From Sedimentisphaerales bacterium (GTDB lineage Bacteria; Planctomycetota; Phycisphaerae; Sedimentisphaerales; SM23-30), in the NCBI GenBank assembly GCA_963663965.2, contig CAXXFK010000040.1:1-64000 (forward strand): a DNA stretch of 64,000 nt, in the 5' to 3' direction. The stretch's first letter is position 1; each line of letters begins with the position of its first letter. Shown here piece after piece: positions 33,831-44,975 of the stretch. The position numbers and the translations under genes were made by a program. Below the pieces are notes generated by a model. It saw only the letters and a program-made list of their open reading frames with translations, was not told where the DNA came from and did not search any database.

Positions 33831-35314
33831 TTACTGTGGCCATTCATAAGCGCCGATATCGGCAGCAGAACCTTGTGGGATGACCGTCCCCTCTATGTCG
33901 ACTTTCAAGCCCAAATTCACTCCCGCATCGATGCAGGGGGACTGGTTATTGATGTGAAAATCATTTTTCACAATATCGAACAACATGGGATCTTTCGCTA
34001 TAGAATGAATTTCTTTATTTAAAGCGGTTTGATACAACCCAAACTGATCCATCGAATATTTTTGAGATGGCGCCAGGATCATAATACCGGAACTCTGATA
34101 CCAGCAGTTGTGATCCATTTGGAGTGCATTAATCGCATCGGCGGACCATCCGGGGGCATAAAAGCCATTGCCCCGTGCTTCATAAAAAATATTGTTGCGG
34201 AGACAGATATCGTGGGCGGCCGCAGGGCTGGAATAAAAACATAAATGACGTCCGCTGGGATCCGGCCGCTGGGGATGACCCCAACCGGATCCGGCATTCA
34301 CGCAGGTGTTATTGTCGAAATAGATGTTATAGGTGAGTGAATTTTCGGGCCGGTTCCAGTATTCAAAAGAATACTCACAATTCCAGATCAGGTTCTGCCG
34401 ATAGGTAATGTTATACTGTTTGACATTCGACGCATTATTCTGATTAGTCAACGCCGCATCGTAGATCTCCCATAGCCGGCAATTTTCCACCAGATGATCG
34501 TGGGCATTCGCCCAGAATTCGATTCCATTACCGTAGCGAACCGGGTGTCCTTCCCGCGGTGGTGAATTGATGCCCGCCCCCGATATAGGAAAGGTCACAC
34601 CGGCGAATAATCAAATGGTGCGTACTACTGCCGCCGAAACCATGCGCGGCTCCGTAGCGCAGCGCCAGATCTTCAAACGTAATATAGCTTTTACCTCCAA
34701 TGTCAATAATATGTTGCTTTAATGCCAGTTCAATGCCGGTGTAAAGCAAGGCTGGGTTTTGAGAACAATACATCTTGACCCGCCTGGATTCCTGATCATA
34801 CCAGTAGTCTCCCGGTTGTTTCAGATCATCCGGTGACCATTTTTTTGACCCCCAACAGATTGCCCCCCATTAAATATAATGTTCCCGACATCTGTTGCAT
34901 ACGAGGAGGTGGTTGACCAGATATGATTCTGTTCGTCCTGCCAGTCCTCCGGTTGATTGGCGCTGACAGATCCAAGCAGTAAAGGTTTTTTCACCCATGC
35001 CATAAGCGCCATAGGTGACAGGACCGGTTTCGCCGCCACTCTGCGGAATCAACTGCCCGCGCCAGGTATCGCCTCGATGGAACCGGATCACATCATTGGG
35101 CTTGAATGATCCGCGATTGACGCGTTCCAGGCTCTGCCACGCGTTTTCAGGAGACAGCCCATTCTGAGTGTCTGAACCATCGCTGGAAACATAATAGACT
35201 TCTGCCATAACCAACTAGGGATAAAAAGAAAAGCGCTAGAATGGCAATCTGCCTGAGCCGGATAAAATGCCATGGATCGCCATCTTTGTATTGAAACTTT
35301 TTATTGTGAGCCAT
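33831..35314 (-). CDS. Secreted right-handed parallel beta-helix protein (frameshifted)
   Basis: YYVSSDGSDTQNGLSPENAWQSLERVN, FHRGDTWRG, YGAYG, GNGIEFW, SPCIDAG..DIGAYE; spread over about 5 ORF pieces. Confidence 0.75.
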
Positions 35315-35438
35315 ATTATTCACCTGAACACTCCGGTTCACCTCCAATGTCGCATCATTTCATCCATATAACATTAATTATCCCCAAACTTATTGCGGGA
35401 TCAAGAGAATTTCTTTTCACTAGAATGACATAATGGCA

Positions 35439-37203
35439 TTATTGAAAATTCGGAGGTGGAATGATCTTCCCGCCAAGCTGTGGCGACATTTTCCTCGCGT
35501 GAATACGTCCCGTAAAACGGAGCATTACCGTCAAGCCAGACATAGATCCGCCGGTTTCTCTGTCATCGTTAAGCTGGGACCTGACCGGAATGAGTATCAT
35601 CTCCCAGTATTTCAATTAATGGACTTTCCGTCGTCGCCGACCGGCCCGGCCGCCGTTGCCAGTTGGTTAATGCTGTTACTGCCCCATTCGAAACCAGCGA
35701 ATGTAGGGCTTTAAGCTTTCGTAGGATTGACTGAATTGTCCCTGGGTTGCGCTCGTCAAGTTGAGTTGACTTTTCCCTTCACCTTCATTGCCATCATGAC
35801 ATCTGACACAATGACGATCCAATACCGGTTGAACCAGTACTGGAAAGCTGAATGGTTTCGATCCCTCCGGCCCGGGTTGGATGCGTGAGGGTTCCTGCTT
35901 CATTGCCAACAGATTTTGCGTGTTCGGCTGCACATCGCCTCGTCCTTTCATGACAGCCGACACAACTTCGGCGCTCCCCCGGTTGCAGATAGGTAATACT
36001 CCGCATCGTTTTGAATGGCTTTACCGGAAGCGTCCACCGCCTGGAAATAGATCGGCTTCCGCGCCGGGACCTGAAAATAGGCCGAGCCGTCCTGCTCCAC
36101 CGGTATCGTTCCCAACAGCATCCGCGCGCTCTCCGCGAAAGCATGACCGATCCTTGGTTGGTTGGCAATGTGATTATGCGTTTTCGGCAACACCTGGTAG
36201 ATCCTCAGTTCCCGAATCGCACGGTCCTCAGGCATCGCGAATAGACTACGGTTCACATCCGCCAAAAATAAATTCACCCTTGTCACCCAGATCGGGGTTC
36301 TGTACCGGGGGATCACCGCAGGTTTCGGACGTGGAACCAGGGGAATCGGGTACATACTTGAAATCCCTGTCTTCCGGTACAGCAGTTCCAGATTCCCAAA
36401 CGGTCGAAATAGTAGATCCCCGTTTCGGTATCCTTTTTCACTCCCGATCCCATTCCCGGTAGCGGATCGAAACTGAACGACACCAGAAAGTAATTTTCCG
36501 ACAGCGGCCATGGACTATGAAAATAACTGTCCGGCCAGCCGGATGCCTCAGGCAAACCGATCTCCGGCGTCAACTCTTCGATGGCATTAAAATCATCCTC
36601 TCCGCTCGTTTCGTCCAGTTTCTCTTTCGCCGGATCGAAGATCACCAGCGCCCCGCCCACATCGGCATGATGCGCCCGGCCACAAACAGAATCCGGTTGG
36701 AACCGGGAATCGCCTTCGGCTGATAGCACGCGTTGATTCGCTGGGTGTAATTCCCGAACAGCACGCTGGGATTCGTACCATCCGGATGACTCACCCAGAG
36801 CCCGTGATAATTCGCGGCCGACCGATCCACGTAGTCCCAGCGGATATACACAATCTGACCATCATTCAGAACCGATGGATGCCATTCGTTGGTTTCGTGT
36901 ACGGAAAGGGTTTGAATAGCCTGCCCCTCCGCATCCATCCGGTGTAATGTGTATGTGGGCAATGGCTCCCAGGGATTATGACACCGCCCGAATCCTCCCC
37001 GACGCGTAGACATAAACGCGACCCCGCCGTCAGGGAGCGGACACGGATCGAAATCATCTTCACACCCTATCGTCAATTGCCGGAGAGCCCCTTCCTCCGT
37101 ATCCATGGCGAAAAGGTGAAAACACTTCCTCTCCGCCGAATAAAAATCGGGTTTTTGCTCTGCTCGTTCTGCAAACGCAAAATAGAGGATTCCCGCATCA
37201 TAG
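35439..37203 (-). pseudogene. C-terminal part of an HzsA-related (hydrazine synthase alpha-like beta-propeller, CxxCH) protein interrupted by IS21
   Basis: EDDFDPCPLPDG, FMSTRRGG, NEWHPSVLNDG, RWDYVDR, LGTIPVEQDGSAYF, RSCVGCHE, VQPVLDRHCVRCHDG, DGNAPFYGTY. Confidence 0.8.
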
Positions 37204-37271
37204 TGTCACCGGGCGGGTTCAAAATCGACCATTGAGGGCGAATCAAAATCGACCACTCTGGGTAAAAAATA

Positions 37272-38022
37272 TCAGTATTTTTCCTTATTGCAAGCCTTAT
37301 TTCTGAGCCGATAGCTTTTGCCGGTAATCTGGATGATTTCGGCGTGGTGCAGGAAGCGGTCCAGGATAGCGCTGGCGCTGGGGACATCACCCAGCAGTTT
37401 GCCCCAGTCTTCCAGGGACGATTGGAAGTCATCACCGTCGAACGCAGTTCATAGCGCCGCATGATCACCCTCAAAGAGATATTCCCCGGATCGTCTGGGC
37501 AACTGCTTCATGCCCATATCGTCAATGATCAGCAGGTCCGGTTTCAGGTACTTGGCCAGCGCTTTTTCCAATCCGCCCAGGGCCTCATCCTGCAGGAAGT
37601 CGCGGACCACATCGAAATACCGAGCGGTACTTGACCACAAATCCGGTTTTTAATGGCCTGATAGCCCAACGCCTGGGCCAGATGACTCTTGCCGGTGCCC
37701 GGCGGCCCCAAGAACAGCACATCGCGCCGTTCGCGCAGGAAACCGGCAGCTGGCCAGATCGTAAATCTGTTTTTGTTTGACGGAGGGATTGAACTGCCAG
37801 TCGAAATCCTCCAGCGTTTTCAGTTCCCGAAAGGCCGCGGTCTTGACCCGCCGCTGGATCTGCCGATCCATGACGCACCAGCAGTTCATCTTGCAGGATC
37901 AATTCCAGGAAGTCCTGGTGAGATAACCGGTTGCCGGCCGCTTCCTGCAGCCGGATCTCCAGCGAGTCGGCCAGTCCGGACAGGCGCAGGCGTTTCAGCG
38001 CGGTTTGGATCGCATCATTCAT
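37272..38022 (-). CDS. istB: IS21 helper ATPase IstB (frameshifted)
   Basis: LKRLRLSGL, KTLEDFDWQFNP, GPPGTGKSHL (across frames), PDLLIIDDMG, TSNR, ILDRFLHH, GKSYR. Confidence 0.88.
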
Positions 38023-38191
38023 ACGAAGGTCTCCTTGTGATTGAGATAAAATAAAAGGTGCTTCACGCCGGGCTTTGCCATCCATACAGCAAAGAGGCTG
38101 AAAAGAGATAGGGGTGTGTGGGGGAAAGTGTCCCCCACGATCAAAACAGTTTTTCTTCCTTAAAATTAAAACCATGATATACTCCAAGAAC

Positions 38192-39727
38192 TTAACCGTG
38201 AGCCGCCGGAACCGACGGCAGGCATTGATCGTATTCACTCAATGGGCGGATAATGGGATGTTCTTCGATAAAATCAAATTGCGGCTGTTCAATCCCTGTT
38301 CCGCGTTTTAACAGGTCACGCAAAGTCCGCAGGCGAAACGCTCCATGTGTCAGGGCAATCCGGCAGGCCTGGTTAATCGCCGGGTGGTCATACTGCTTGC
38401 TCAGGGACAACAGGCCCATGAGCGCCCGAACGGCCGTGATCCCGCGGAACTCCAGCAGAGCCTCGGCCCAGGCCAGGGTTTCCGGCCCGATGTACCGGAC
38501 TTTGGTCAGTAACCAGGTGGATCCTTTTTCCACCCCCGAGCGTTTGCGTGCGTCGATGTGGCGATCATTGGTCTGGAACTTCCCGGCCTCCACCTGGGCA
38601 TGCGTCGCGATCGATTCCATGCGATGGTTGTAGATCCGTACCACCCGGCCGTCCCAGCGGGCCCAGACCGGATGCCCCAGATACTCCGGTGGCACGGAAT
38701 AGTAGGCTTTGGCGACTTCCACATGGCCGTCGCGATGCACCCGGCGTTGAGACTCTTGGAATGAAGGGAAATGACCGGACGGTAAGGGCAGCAAAGCCGG
38801 CTTGTCGGCCTGGTCAAAGATCTGGCGTACCTGTTGACGCATCGTGCCGTGAATCCGGGTATCGGCCACCCGCACTTCCCAATCCTGTAAAAAACGGTTC
38901 TGTTCGGCCAGCGAACTAAAGATCCGGCCCTTCAAGGCGTTGTCCTGCACATATTTGATTCCGCTTTCCACCTTGCCTTTGTGACGGGGTGTGTAAGGCC
39001 TGGCCGGCAGAATGACCGTCCGGTAATGGACACAAAACGATTGCAGTTTGGGATTCAGTTCCGGATCGTACCAGTCGGCCCGGGTGACCGCTGCCTTCAA
39101 ATTGTCGATAACCAGGGTTTGAGGCACACCCCCAAAATGCCAGAAGGCGTTCTCCAGACAGCGTAGAAAACTCTCGGTGGTCTGGTGGAAGACCGACTCA
39201 CTGTAGGCTTTACGCGAATGACTTAAAACCATGCGGAAGACATAAGTTCTTTTGCGTTTGCCATTGAGCCAGACCGGCGCGCCGGTGCCAAAATCGACTT
39301 GCGCTTCCTGGCCCGGCGGGCATTCCATCCGCCGATAGGGCAAAGGGCGGGTCTGGCCCAGGCGCCGCACAAACCGCTTGACACTGTCATAGCTGCCAGT
39401 GAATCCCTGCTCGCTTTGCAGATCCTGAAAGATCCGTTGTCCGGACAACCCCTGACCGAGTTTGTCGCAGATAATCTGACGATAGGGTTCGCACTGGCTC
39501 TGGCGGCCTGCCGACCCGGGGGGCGAAATGGTCGATTTTGGCCCACCGCCGATCTCGGACCCGGGGGGCACAATGGCCGATTTTGACTGTTCACGCACCA
39601 ATCGGACATAGCGACTGACCGTCTGGCGATGGATCCCCAGTCGGCGAGCCACCTCGCGCTGGGAAAACCCTTGTTCACAAAGAGTTATGATCTTATTCGT
39701 CTGTACCATGCTGATCTGATTGGCCAT
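38192..39727 (-). CDS. istA: IS21 transposase IstA
   Basis: HTH SQREVARRLGIHRQTV, PGQEAQVDFG, FGGVPQTLVIDNLK, KGKVESGIKY, YYSVP. Confidence 0.95.
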   Translation of the reverse strand: MANQISMVQTNKIITLCEQGFSQREVARRLGIHRQTVSRYVRLVREQSKSAIVPPGSEIGGGPKSTISPPGSAGRQSQCEPYRQIICDKLGQGLSGQRIFQDLQSEQGFTGSYDSVKRFVRRLGQTRPLPYRRMECPPGQEAQVDFGTGAPVWLNGKRKRTYVFRMVLSHSRKAYSESVFHQTTESFLRCLENAFWHFGGVPQTLVIDNLKAAVTRADWYDPELNPKLQSFCVHYRTVILPARPYTPRHKGKVESGIKYVQDNALKGRIFSSLAEQNRFLQDWEVRVADTRIHGTMRQQVRQIFDQADKPALLPLPSGHFPSFQESQRRVHRDGHVEVAKAYYSVPPEYLGHPVWARWDGRVVRIYNHRMESIATHAQVEAGKFQTNDRHIDARKRSGVEKGSTWLLTKVRYIGPETLAWAEALLEFRGITAVRALMGLLSLSKQYDHPAINQACRIALTHGAFRLRTLRDLLKRGTGIEQPQFDFIEEHPIIRPLSEYDQCLPSVPAAHG

Positions 39728-39832
39728 GTCAAGCTCCCGTTTTTAGGTAACTTTAACAGACCAATTAGCCTTTCTTCAACATGGTCGATTTTAAACTGCC
39801 CCCTCGTGGTCGATTTTAACCGCCCCTTGACA

Positions 39833-40425
39833 TCATAGGAGAGCGCCGGCGTGGTGAAATTGCCCCGGGGCAGACGTCCCTGGATCAAATCTCGAATTTC
39901 AAAAGAGTCGCCCGGCTTCTCTAATACATAGATCCCTCCACCGGAAATGTCGCCATAATCATAATAATATCCCAGGTATTCATGGAGCATCTGGCAGATA
40001 AAACGCCGCCGCTGCATGAATACCAGTTTCTTCCCCGCCAACAGCGGATTCCGCAACGCCAGCTTGCGTGTGACCGTCCGAAGCGTAAGATACAATTCGA
40101 GCCGTTGGCCCAGGTCCAGCGTTTCGAGCTTGCCAACCGGTTCCTCCAAGTCTTGCAGCTGCGCCGCCTCCGATTGATAATCGCCAGGGCTTGACAACCT
40201 CCGCAAATCGTGAAGTAAGGCCTGGGTCCGTTGCCATAACTCCTGGATCGCCGCCGGATCATACATCGAACGATTGTTACGCCTTTCCTGTCGGGCCCAA
40301 TCCTCGATGATCACCTGGTCGTAAGACAGTTCCGAATCGTTCGCCTGAACCGGCAGATCGAATAGGATTACTGTCCCCAGAAAAACCAGGAAACTGACCA
40401 CCCATTGACATCGCTTCGAGTTCAT
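39833..40425 (-). pseudogene. N-terminal part of the IS21-interrupted HzsA-related secreted protein
   Basis: Signal peptide; LALRNPLL..KLVFMQR, GGGIYVLE, PALSYD, then reads into the IS end. Confidence 0.8.
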
Positions 40426-40738
40426 CTGATCTTTCCTGTTCAAGCCGTTTGAAACTTACTTCCTGAAACATCTATACCCCTAACCCGGCACAGCCGCAGC
40501 CAAACAGGGCCACAATGGCATCCGCTTCCCTGTCGAGATTTCCTTGCCATTTTGCCCAGGATTTCACTCATAAGAGACTAACAAAAGAAGCATTTCTAAG
40601 TCAAGAAAATTCATTTCCGCAAGTACTTTACCGGCAATTTTCAAAAAACCCGTTTGGGGGCCCTGATATCCCATATATGATTGCTCAAACGAACCGAAAA
40701 GACACATATTTAAACAGGAATATCGGTTTACGATAGAT

Positions 40739-40951
40739 CCGAAAACAGACATTAGAACTCCTCTGAAACTCAATATTCACTGTTTGAGAAAGGCCTATGG
40801 CGCCACTCAGGCCAATCATGGTGTCCCTTTTCAGACACTCCAAAAAATGATGGGGCATAGTTCGATAGTCACGACTATGCAATATTACCTTAAAAGTAGT
40901 CCAGAGCAGGAAGAAAAGGCAAAAAGGGTGATGGAGAAGGTCATGGGGTAG
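40739..40951 (+). pseudogene. Orphan C-terminal fragment of a tyrosine recombinase/integrase (absent from the ORF track)
   Basis: Translates as ..LKLNIHCLRKAYGATQANHGVPFQTLQKMMGHSSIVTTMQYYLKSSPEQEEKAKRVMEKVMG*, with HxLR, (L/M)GH and the catalytic Tyr region. Confidence 0.88.
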
Positions 40952-41004
40952 GGGGGAAAATGAGCTGATGATCTTGATATTCCCAAATTACCTATCTAAC
41001 AAAA

Positions 41005-44000
41005 CTATTCAACACCCACTAGCCAATATTCTGCTACTGGTACGAAATCCATTATATTGACTATGCTATCGCCTGCCGGATACGGGATAATATCACCCGA
41101 AGGGATGCCGGGAGTTTGTAGCCACTGACTCATTAGAGTGATTAAGTCCGCAAACTCTACCCGGCAGTCACAATCAATATCACCTGATACAAATGAATAT
41201 CCAGAATTAAAACCACAGGCGGTATAAGCTTGGGTTTGATGGACATTTTCATAAATTGACAAATAGCCACTGCTTTTTTCATTTGTCTGTCGGATTGCAA
41301 CATAACCAAGATAATAAGGCCCATCGATACCATTATCAGCAATTAGACTCCCATCATATTCAAATGATATTACAGATATTCCCTGAACAAGCTGAGTATC
41401 AAACGGAATTGCTTGAATAACATTTCCATTGCTACCATACAATCCTGCACATATTTCATAACTACCAGAATCTTGTGTATCAATTTCCACATCGATCATT
41501 AATTTACTCATCGGGCAATGGTTTCCAGTATATGCCACATAATCCATGTAGTTTCCTGTCAACCTGGTTGGTGGTCGTTCAAACATTTCAGCCATATAAG
41601 CATTCATCGTATAATCTGTTGAAGTAACATAATTATCTTCTGAATCATACAATGTTATTGATGCCGTGTAAGAGCCGTTTATACCATTCTCTCGGATATA
41701 TCGTCCGTCAAATAAAACTTTAATTGAATTGGAATTCAGGGAGGACAATTTTCCGTTTTCCGTCAAAAACGGAGATGCATTGGGATCAATACTCAACGAT
41801 ACTACTGCGAAATACTCATCTTGCTCATACACATTCAAGCCAATATCAACCGCTAACCAGTCATACAAACCATCACAATTATCATCGATTCCATATTCAG
41901 TAATTGCTATCAATCTCAACGGCATTTCTCCGAAATCGTTATGATTGATAATTGATGTATTGAATTGAACATAGTCAAGCCGAATATTATTAACATCAAC
42001 TAACTCCAAGTAGACATTATATGTCCCATCATATCCGCTCCGAAATATGTCTTCGCCGCTGAATATTACAGTAGTAGTACTAGGATTTGTTCCAGAAAGA
42101 AATATTTTATCTGAAAGATATGATACATCACCCATACTTTTTCGGTCTGTTATAAATTCCGAATTGTATTTTAGATGACCCATAATATAGAAATCACCTG
42201 ATAAGCCATCAATATTTACATTTATTGCTAACGATTCAAATACTCCATCATTGTCCCCATCATTTCCGTATGCGGTAGGAATATCTGTAAAACTTGGCAT
42301 TGCTTCTTTATTTGTATTAGCAGTTATTGAATTGTCTAAATAATGAATATCATTGTCTAATATAATGCACTTAGCATGACCAAGGGGTGAATAATGAACA
42401 GGTTTATATATGTTTTGTGGAACAAAAGCCTCATCTGACTCAATATTAACTAGAAAGCTTTCTTGTTTTTCTGATTCGATATCACCCTTAATCTCAATTT
42501 CAACTGGTTGACTTTTCTGGCCCTTGTTAAATAAAAGGACTATACTTTTCTCAATATAATCAAAACCAGGTTCAGCTTCCCCTGGTATTGATACTGTATA
42601 ACATCTTACATTGATTGGATATTGTGCTGGCCTTGAAAGCGTAACATTAAAAATTGCTTTCGTAATTCCAGAGTCGCCTTCATTAATTTCAACTATTGCA
42701 CTATTATTTATTGGATTTCCAATAAAAACAGACATGGGCTCAAATTGTGTTATACCATTCAAATAAGTATCATTTATCGGGCCACAATAAATGTCATTAT
42801 TATTAACTGTCGTATGATATATAATACCATAAGTATCCACATATAATCTATCAACACTGTCCCACATTAAATCATTCAATAATCGCACATAATAGTCCCC
42901 AACCCAATATTCATAAAATTGTGTAAAAGTTGGGTCATACCATATGACCCGCAAACCATCGCTAAAATAACATAAAGCATGATATTTAAAATACCAACGA
43001 TCCCTAATACCATCAGTATGCTTCCGAGAAAATGCATTGCCGCCTTCATGCCCACCAATTGGAACCATATCAAATACTTGAGTAATGAATGACCCACTTT
43101 CATCGCCAGGCTTTATTATATTTTTAAGTGGTACCGTCGTATACTCTACTTTTATTCCTAATGTGGTGGCTAATTTTTCAAATGCACGAGCAAAACTTTC
43201 ACAATTCCCATATGGGAGTTTATTAGGATCAATATAATTGCTGGTGTAGAAGAGTAAGTCTCCCCAATTCATAACCTTAAATTGAGAGTAAATCCAATTC
43301 TGTCTCCTGAAACTTGCCATAAATTTATTGAGAATAGCTGGAGCATCAGCCGCCCTTTCTCCTTGTGCTAACTCCACGGCTTTTTTTAGATACTTTTCTT
43401 CAGGAGGGATATTGGATTCTTTTAATATCTTATCGGAATGAATGACAAACAAAGGAAATTCTGCAGGTGGTTCAGGTGATTTAATCTTAAGACCTTTTGA
43501 ATCCCAGAACCTAAACTTTAATCTCAGTATATATTGACCAATTTTCAGATTTCTGTCGTTAGAATCTAAAACAAATCGATTATTTTTTACCGGAATATTT
43601 TTAGCTTCAGCAATTACAGTACCATTGTCTATTATTTCCCAATCGACTTTACATGTCTCATACTCAATATTATTTGGTTTTATATCTATGGTATATATAG
43701 TACCCGGCATTGTATAATACTTATTAGCAGTTGAACCGTTGCCGGATATTTTATTTTCCTTATGAATAGCAGTAATATCTACGTTGTATTCCCCATCCGC
43801 CACAGGATAAAATACATCTGGATGCACTTCGCTCCATATTACATTCGGGATCCCTTGAATCGGGACATTTTCACTAACACTGATTTCTGTAACACGAATG
43901 GTATCAAGAGTACACTTTGCGCAATCTCCCCCCAGTGAATCAATATATAAATACCGTATCCAGTAAAGACTACACGCGCTGTCGCAAATCTGCACCCGTA

Positions 44001-44904
44001 TGCTATTGGTGCCGGCATGCAGATATTGACCAATCTCCCATTCATCTTTTACAAAACCATGATTGCCCGCATGGTTTTCCGCCGGATCATAACTAGTTTC
44101 AATCATTTGGCCATTGACGATAATATCAACAGGAGAATAACCGCCGCTAGGACATTCTGAATAAGATGAGCTGAGATGATCGATGACTAGCTTGGCTGTT
44201 CCCGGTACATTATCCAGCTCAAAATCAGCCTGTAAATATGAGCCATATGCCGTCATTTTCCAGTTGCCAGGATAAGCGGTATTATACTTAATTTTATTAG
44301 CATCATAACTTAATTGAGCCCTGGGACTCAGGATGACAGAGTCGGTCAAATCAATTCCCATACCCGGATTGCAATTATCATAGTCCTCATCAAAATACCA
44401 ATTATCAGGCAGACTTACCGAGAGTCGAGTGGTATGAGGATGAGCCAATCCGAAATACTTAAGATAATAGGGCCGGACATTACCGGTTGTGCTGCTCAAG
44501 GACATTTGTACGAAGGTTACACGTCCATTCGATTCTGAATATTCCAGCAAACCTTCAGCGGGTTCTAGAATTGTATAATCCCGAAAATCATTAAAATCCC
44601 ATTGGTTGTATGAACCATAATAATTATCCTCTGCTACTCCCCAGAAATGGACAGTACCAGTGATATTTTCAATAATATATTGCCAGATATCTCCCCGCTG
44701 TGTATTAAACCGCACATCCAGATTTAATTCGATCTCGCAATGGTAAGTAATTCGTTGCCAGTCATAAATCGGATCCCATATTATTTGTTTCTCGCCCGAA
44801 CCAGAACTCGTTAATCTCGCCATGATCGTTGAGTTATCCTCGGCGAGAATATGTCCCGATGCGGCAAAAAGAAAGACGATTATGGCCCCTATATGTCTTT
44901 TCAT
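41005..44904 (-). CDS. 1299-aa low-GC secreted protein with transglutaminase/papain-like Cys-His-Asp domain, Calx-beta domain, three ~120-aa repeats and dockerin-like tail
   Basis: YGNCESFARAF..KYHALC..WYDPTF; INEGDSG..FNVTLS..GFDY..KGDIESEKQESF; DGDNDGVFESL / DDNCDGLYDWL repeats with G.DG.Y; GDIDCDCRVEFADL. Confidence 0.7.
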   Translation of the reverse strand: MKRHIGAIIVFLFAASGHILAEDNSTIMARLTSSGSGEKQIIWDPIYDWQRITYHCEIELNLDVRFNTQRGDIWQYIIENITGTVHFWGVAEDNYYGSYNQWDFNDFRDYTILEPAEGLLEYSESNGRVTFVQMSLSSTTGNVRPYYLKYFGLAHPHTTRLSVSLPDNWYFDEDYDNCNPGMGIDLTDSVILSPRAQLSYDANKIKYNTAYPGNWKMTAYGSYLQADFELDNVPGTAKLVIDHLSSSYSECPSGGYSPVDIIVNGQMIETSYDPAENHAGNHGFVKDEWEIGQYLHAGTNSIRVQICDSACSLYWIRYLYIDSLGGDCAKCTLDTIRVTEISVSENVPIQGIPNVIWSEVHPDVFYPVADGEYNVDITAIHKENKISGNGSTANKYYTMPGTIYTIDIKPNNIEYETCKVDWEIIDNGTVIAEAKNIPVKNNRFVLDSNDRNLKIGQYILRLKFRFWDSKGLKIKSPEPPAEFPLFVIHSDKILKESNIPPEEKYLKKAVELAQGERAADAPAILNKFMASFRRQNWIYSQFKVMNWGDLLFYTSNYIDPNKLPYGNCESFARAFEKLATTLGIKVEYTTVPLKNIIKPGDESGSFITQVFDMVPIGGHEGGNAFSRKHTDGIRDRWYFKYHALCYFSDGLRVIWYDPTFTQFYEYWVGDYYVRLLNDLMWDSVDRLYVDTYGIIYHTTVNNNDIYCGPINDTYLNGITQFEPMSVFIGNPINNSAIVEINEGDSGITKAIFNVTLSRPAQYPINVRCYTVSIPGEAEPGFDYIEKSIVLLFNKGQKSQPVEIEIKGDIESEKQESFLVNIESDEAFVPQNIYKPVHYSPLGHAKCIILDNDIHYLDNSITANTNKEAMPSFTDIPTAYGNDGDNDGVFESLAINVNIDGLSGDFYIMGHLKYNSEFITDRKSMGDVSYLSDKIFLSGTNPSTTTVIFSGEDIFRSGYDGTYNVYLELVDVNNIRLDYVQFNTSIINHNDFGEMPLRLIAITEYGIDDNCDGLYDWLAVDIGLNVYEQDEYFAVVSLSIDPNASPFLTENGKLSSLNSNSIKVLFDGRYIRENGINGSYTASITLYDSEDNYVTSTDYTMNAYMAEMFERPPTRLTGNYMDYVAYTGNHCPMSKLMIDVEIDTQDSGSYEICAGLYGSNGNVIQAIPFDTQLVQGISVISFEYDGSLIADNGIDGPYYLGYVAIRQTNEKSSGYLSIYENVHQTQAYTACGFNSGYSFVSGDIDCDCRVEFADLITLMSQWLQTPGIPSGDIIPYPAGDSIVNIMDFVPVAEYWLVGVE

Positions 44905-44934
44905 TAACCATTCCTATAATATTCAATTGATAAA

Positions 44935-44972
44935 AATGCCTACCGGATAATCTTCTGAACCCGGCAGGCATT
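44935..44972 (-). terminator. Intrinsic terminator-like hairpin after the lectin PEP-CTERM gene
   Basis: Minus strand AATGCCTGCCGG-N14-CCGGTAGGCATT followed by a T run. Confidence 0.55.
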
Positions 44973-44975
44973 ACA

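Larger units (their letters stand above)
37204..39832 (-). mobile_element. IS21-family element (2629 bp) with 6-bp target duplication TCATAG
   Basis: Ends TGTCA...TGACA, each with two AAAATCGACCA repeats; TCATAG at 37198-37203 and 39833-39838; removing the element restores ..PALSYDAGILYFAF.. Confidence 0.95.

Noticed and set aside
35439..40425. Anammox hydrazine synthase
   Set aside because: No hzsB/hzsC neighbours, and HzsA-like paralogues are common in non-anammox planctomycetes
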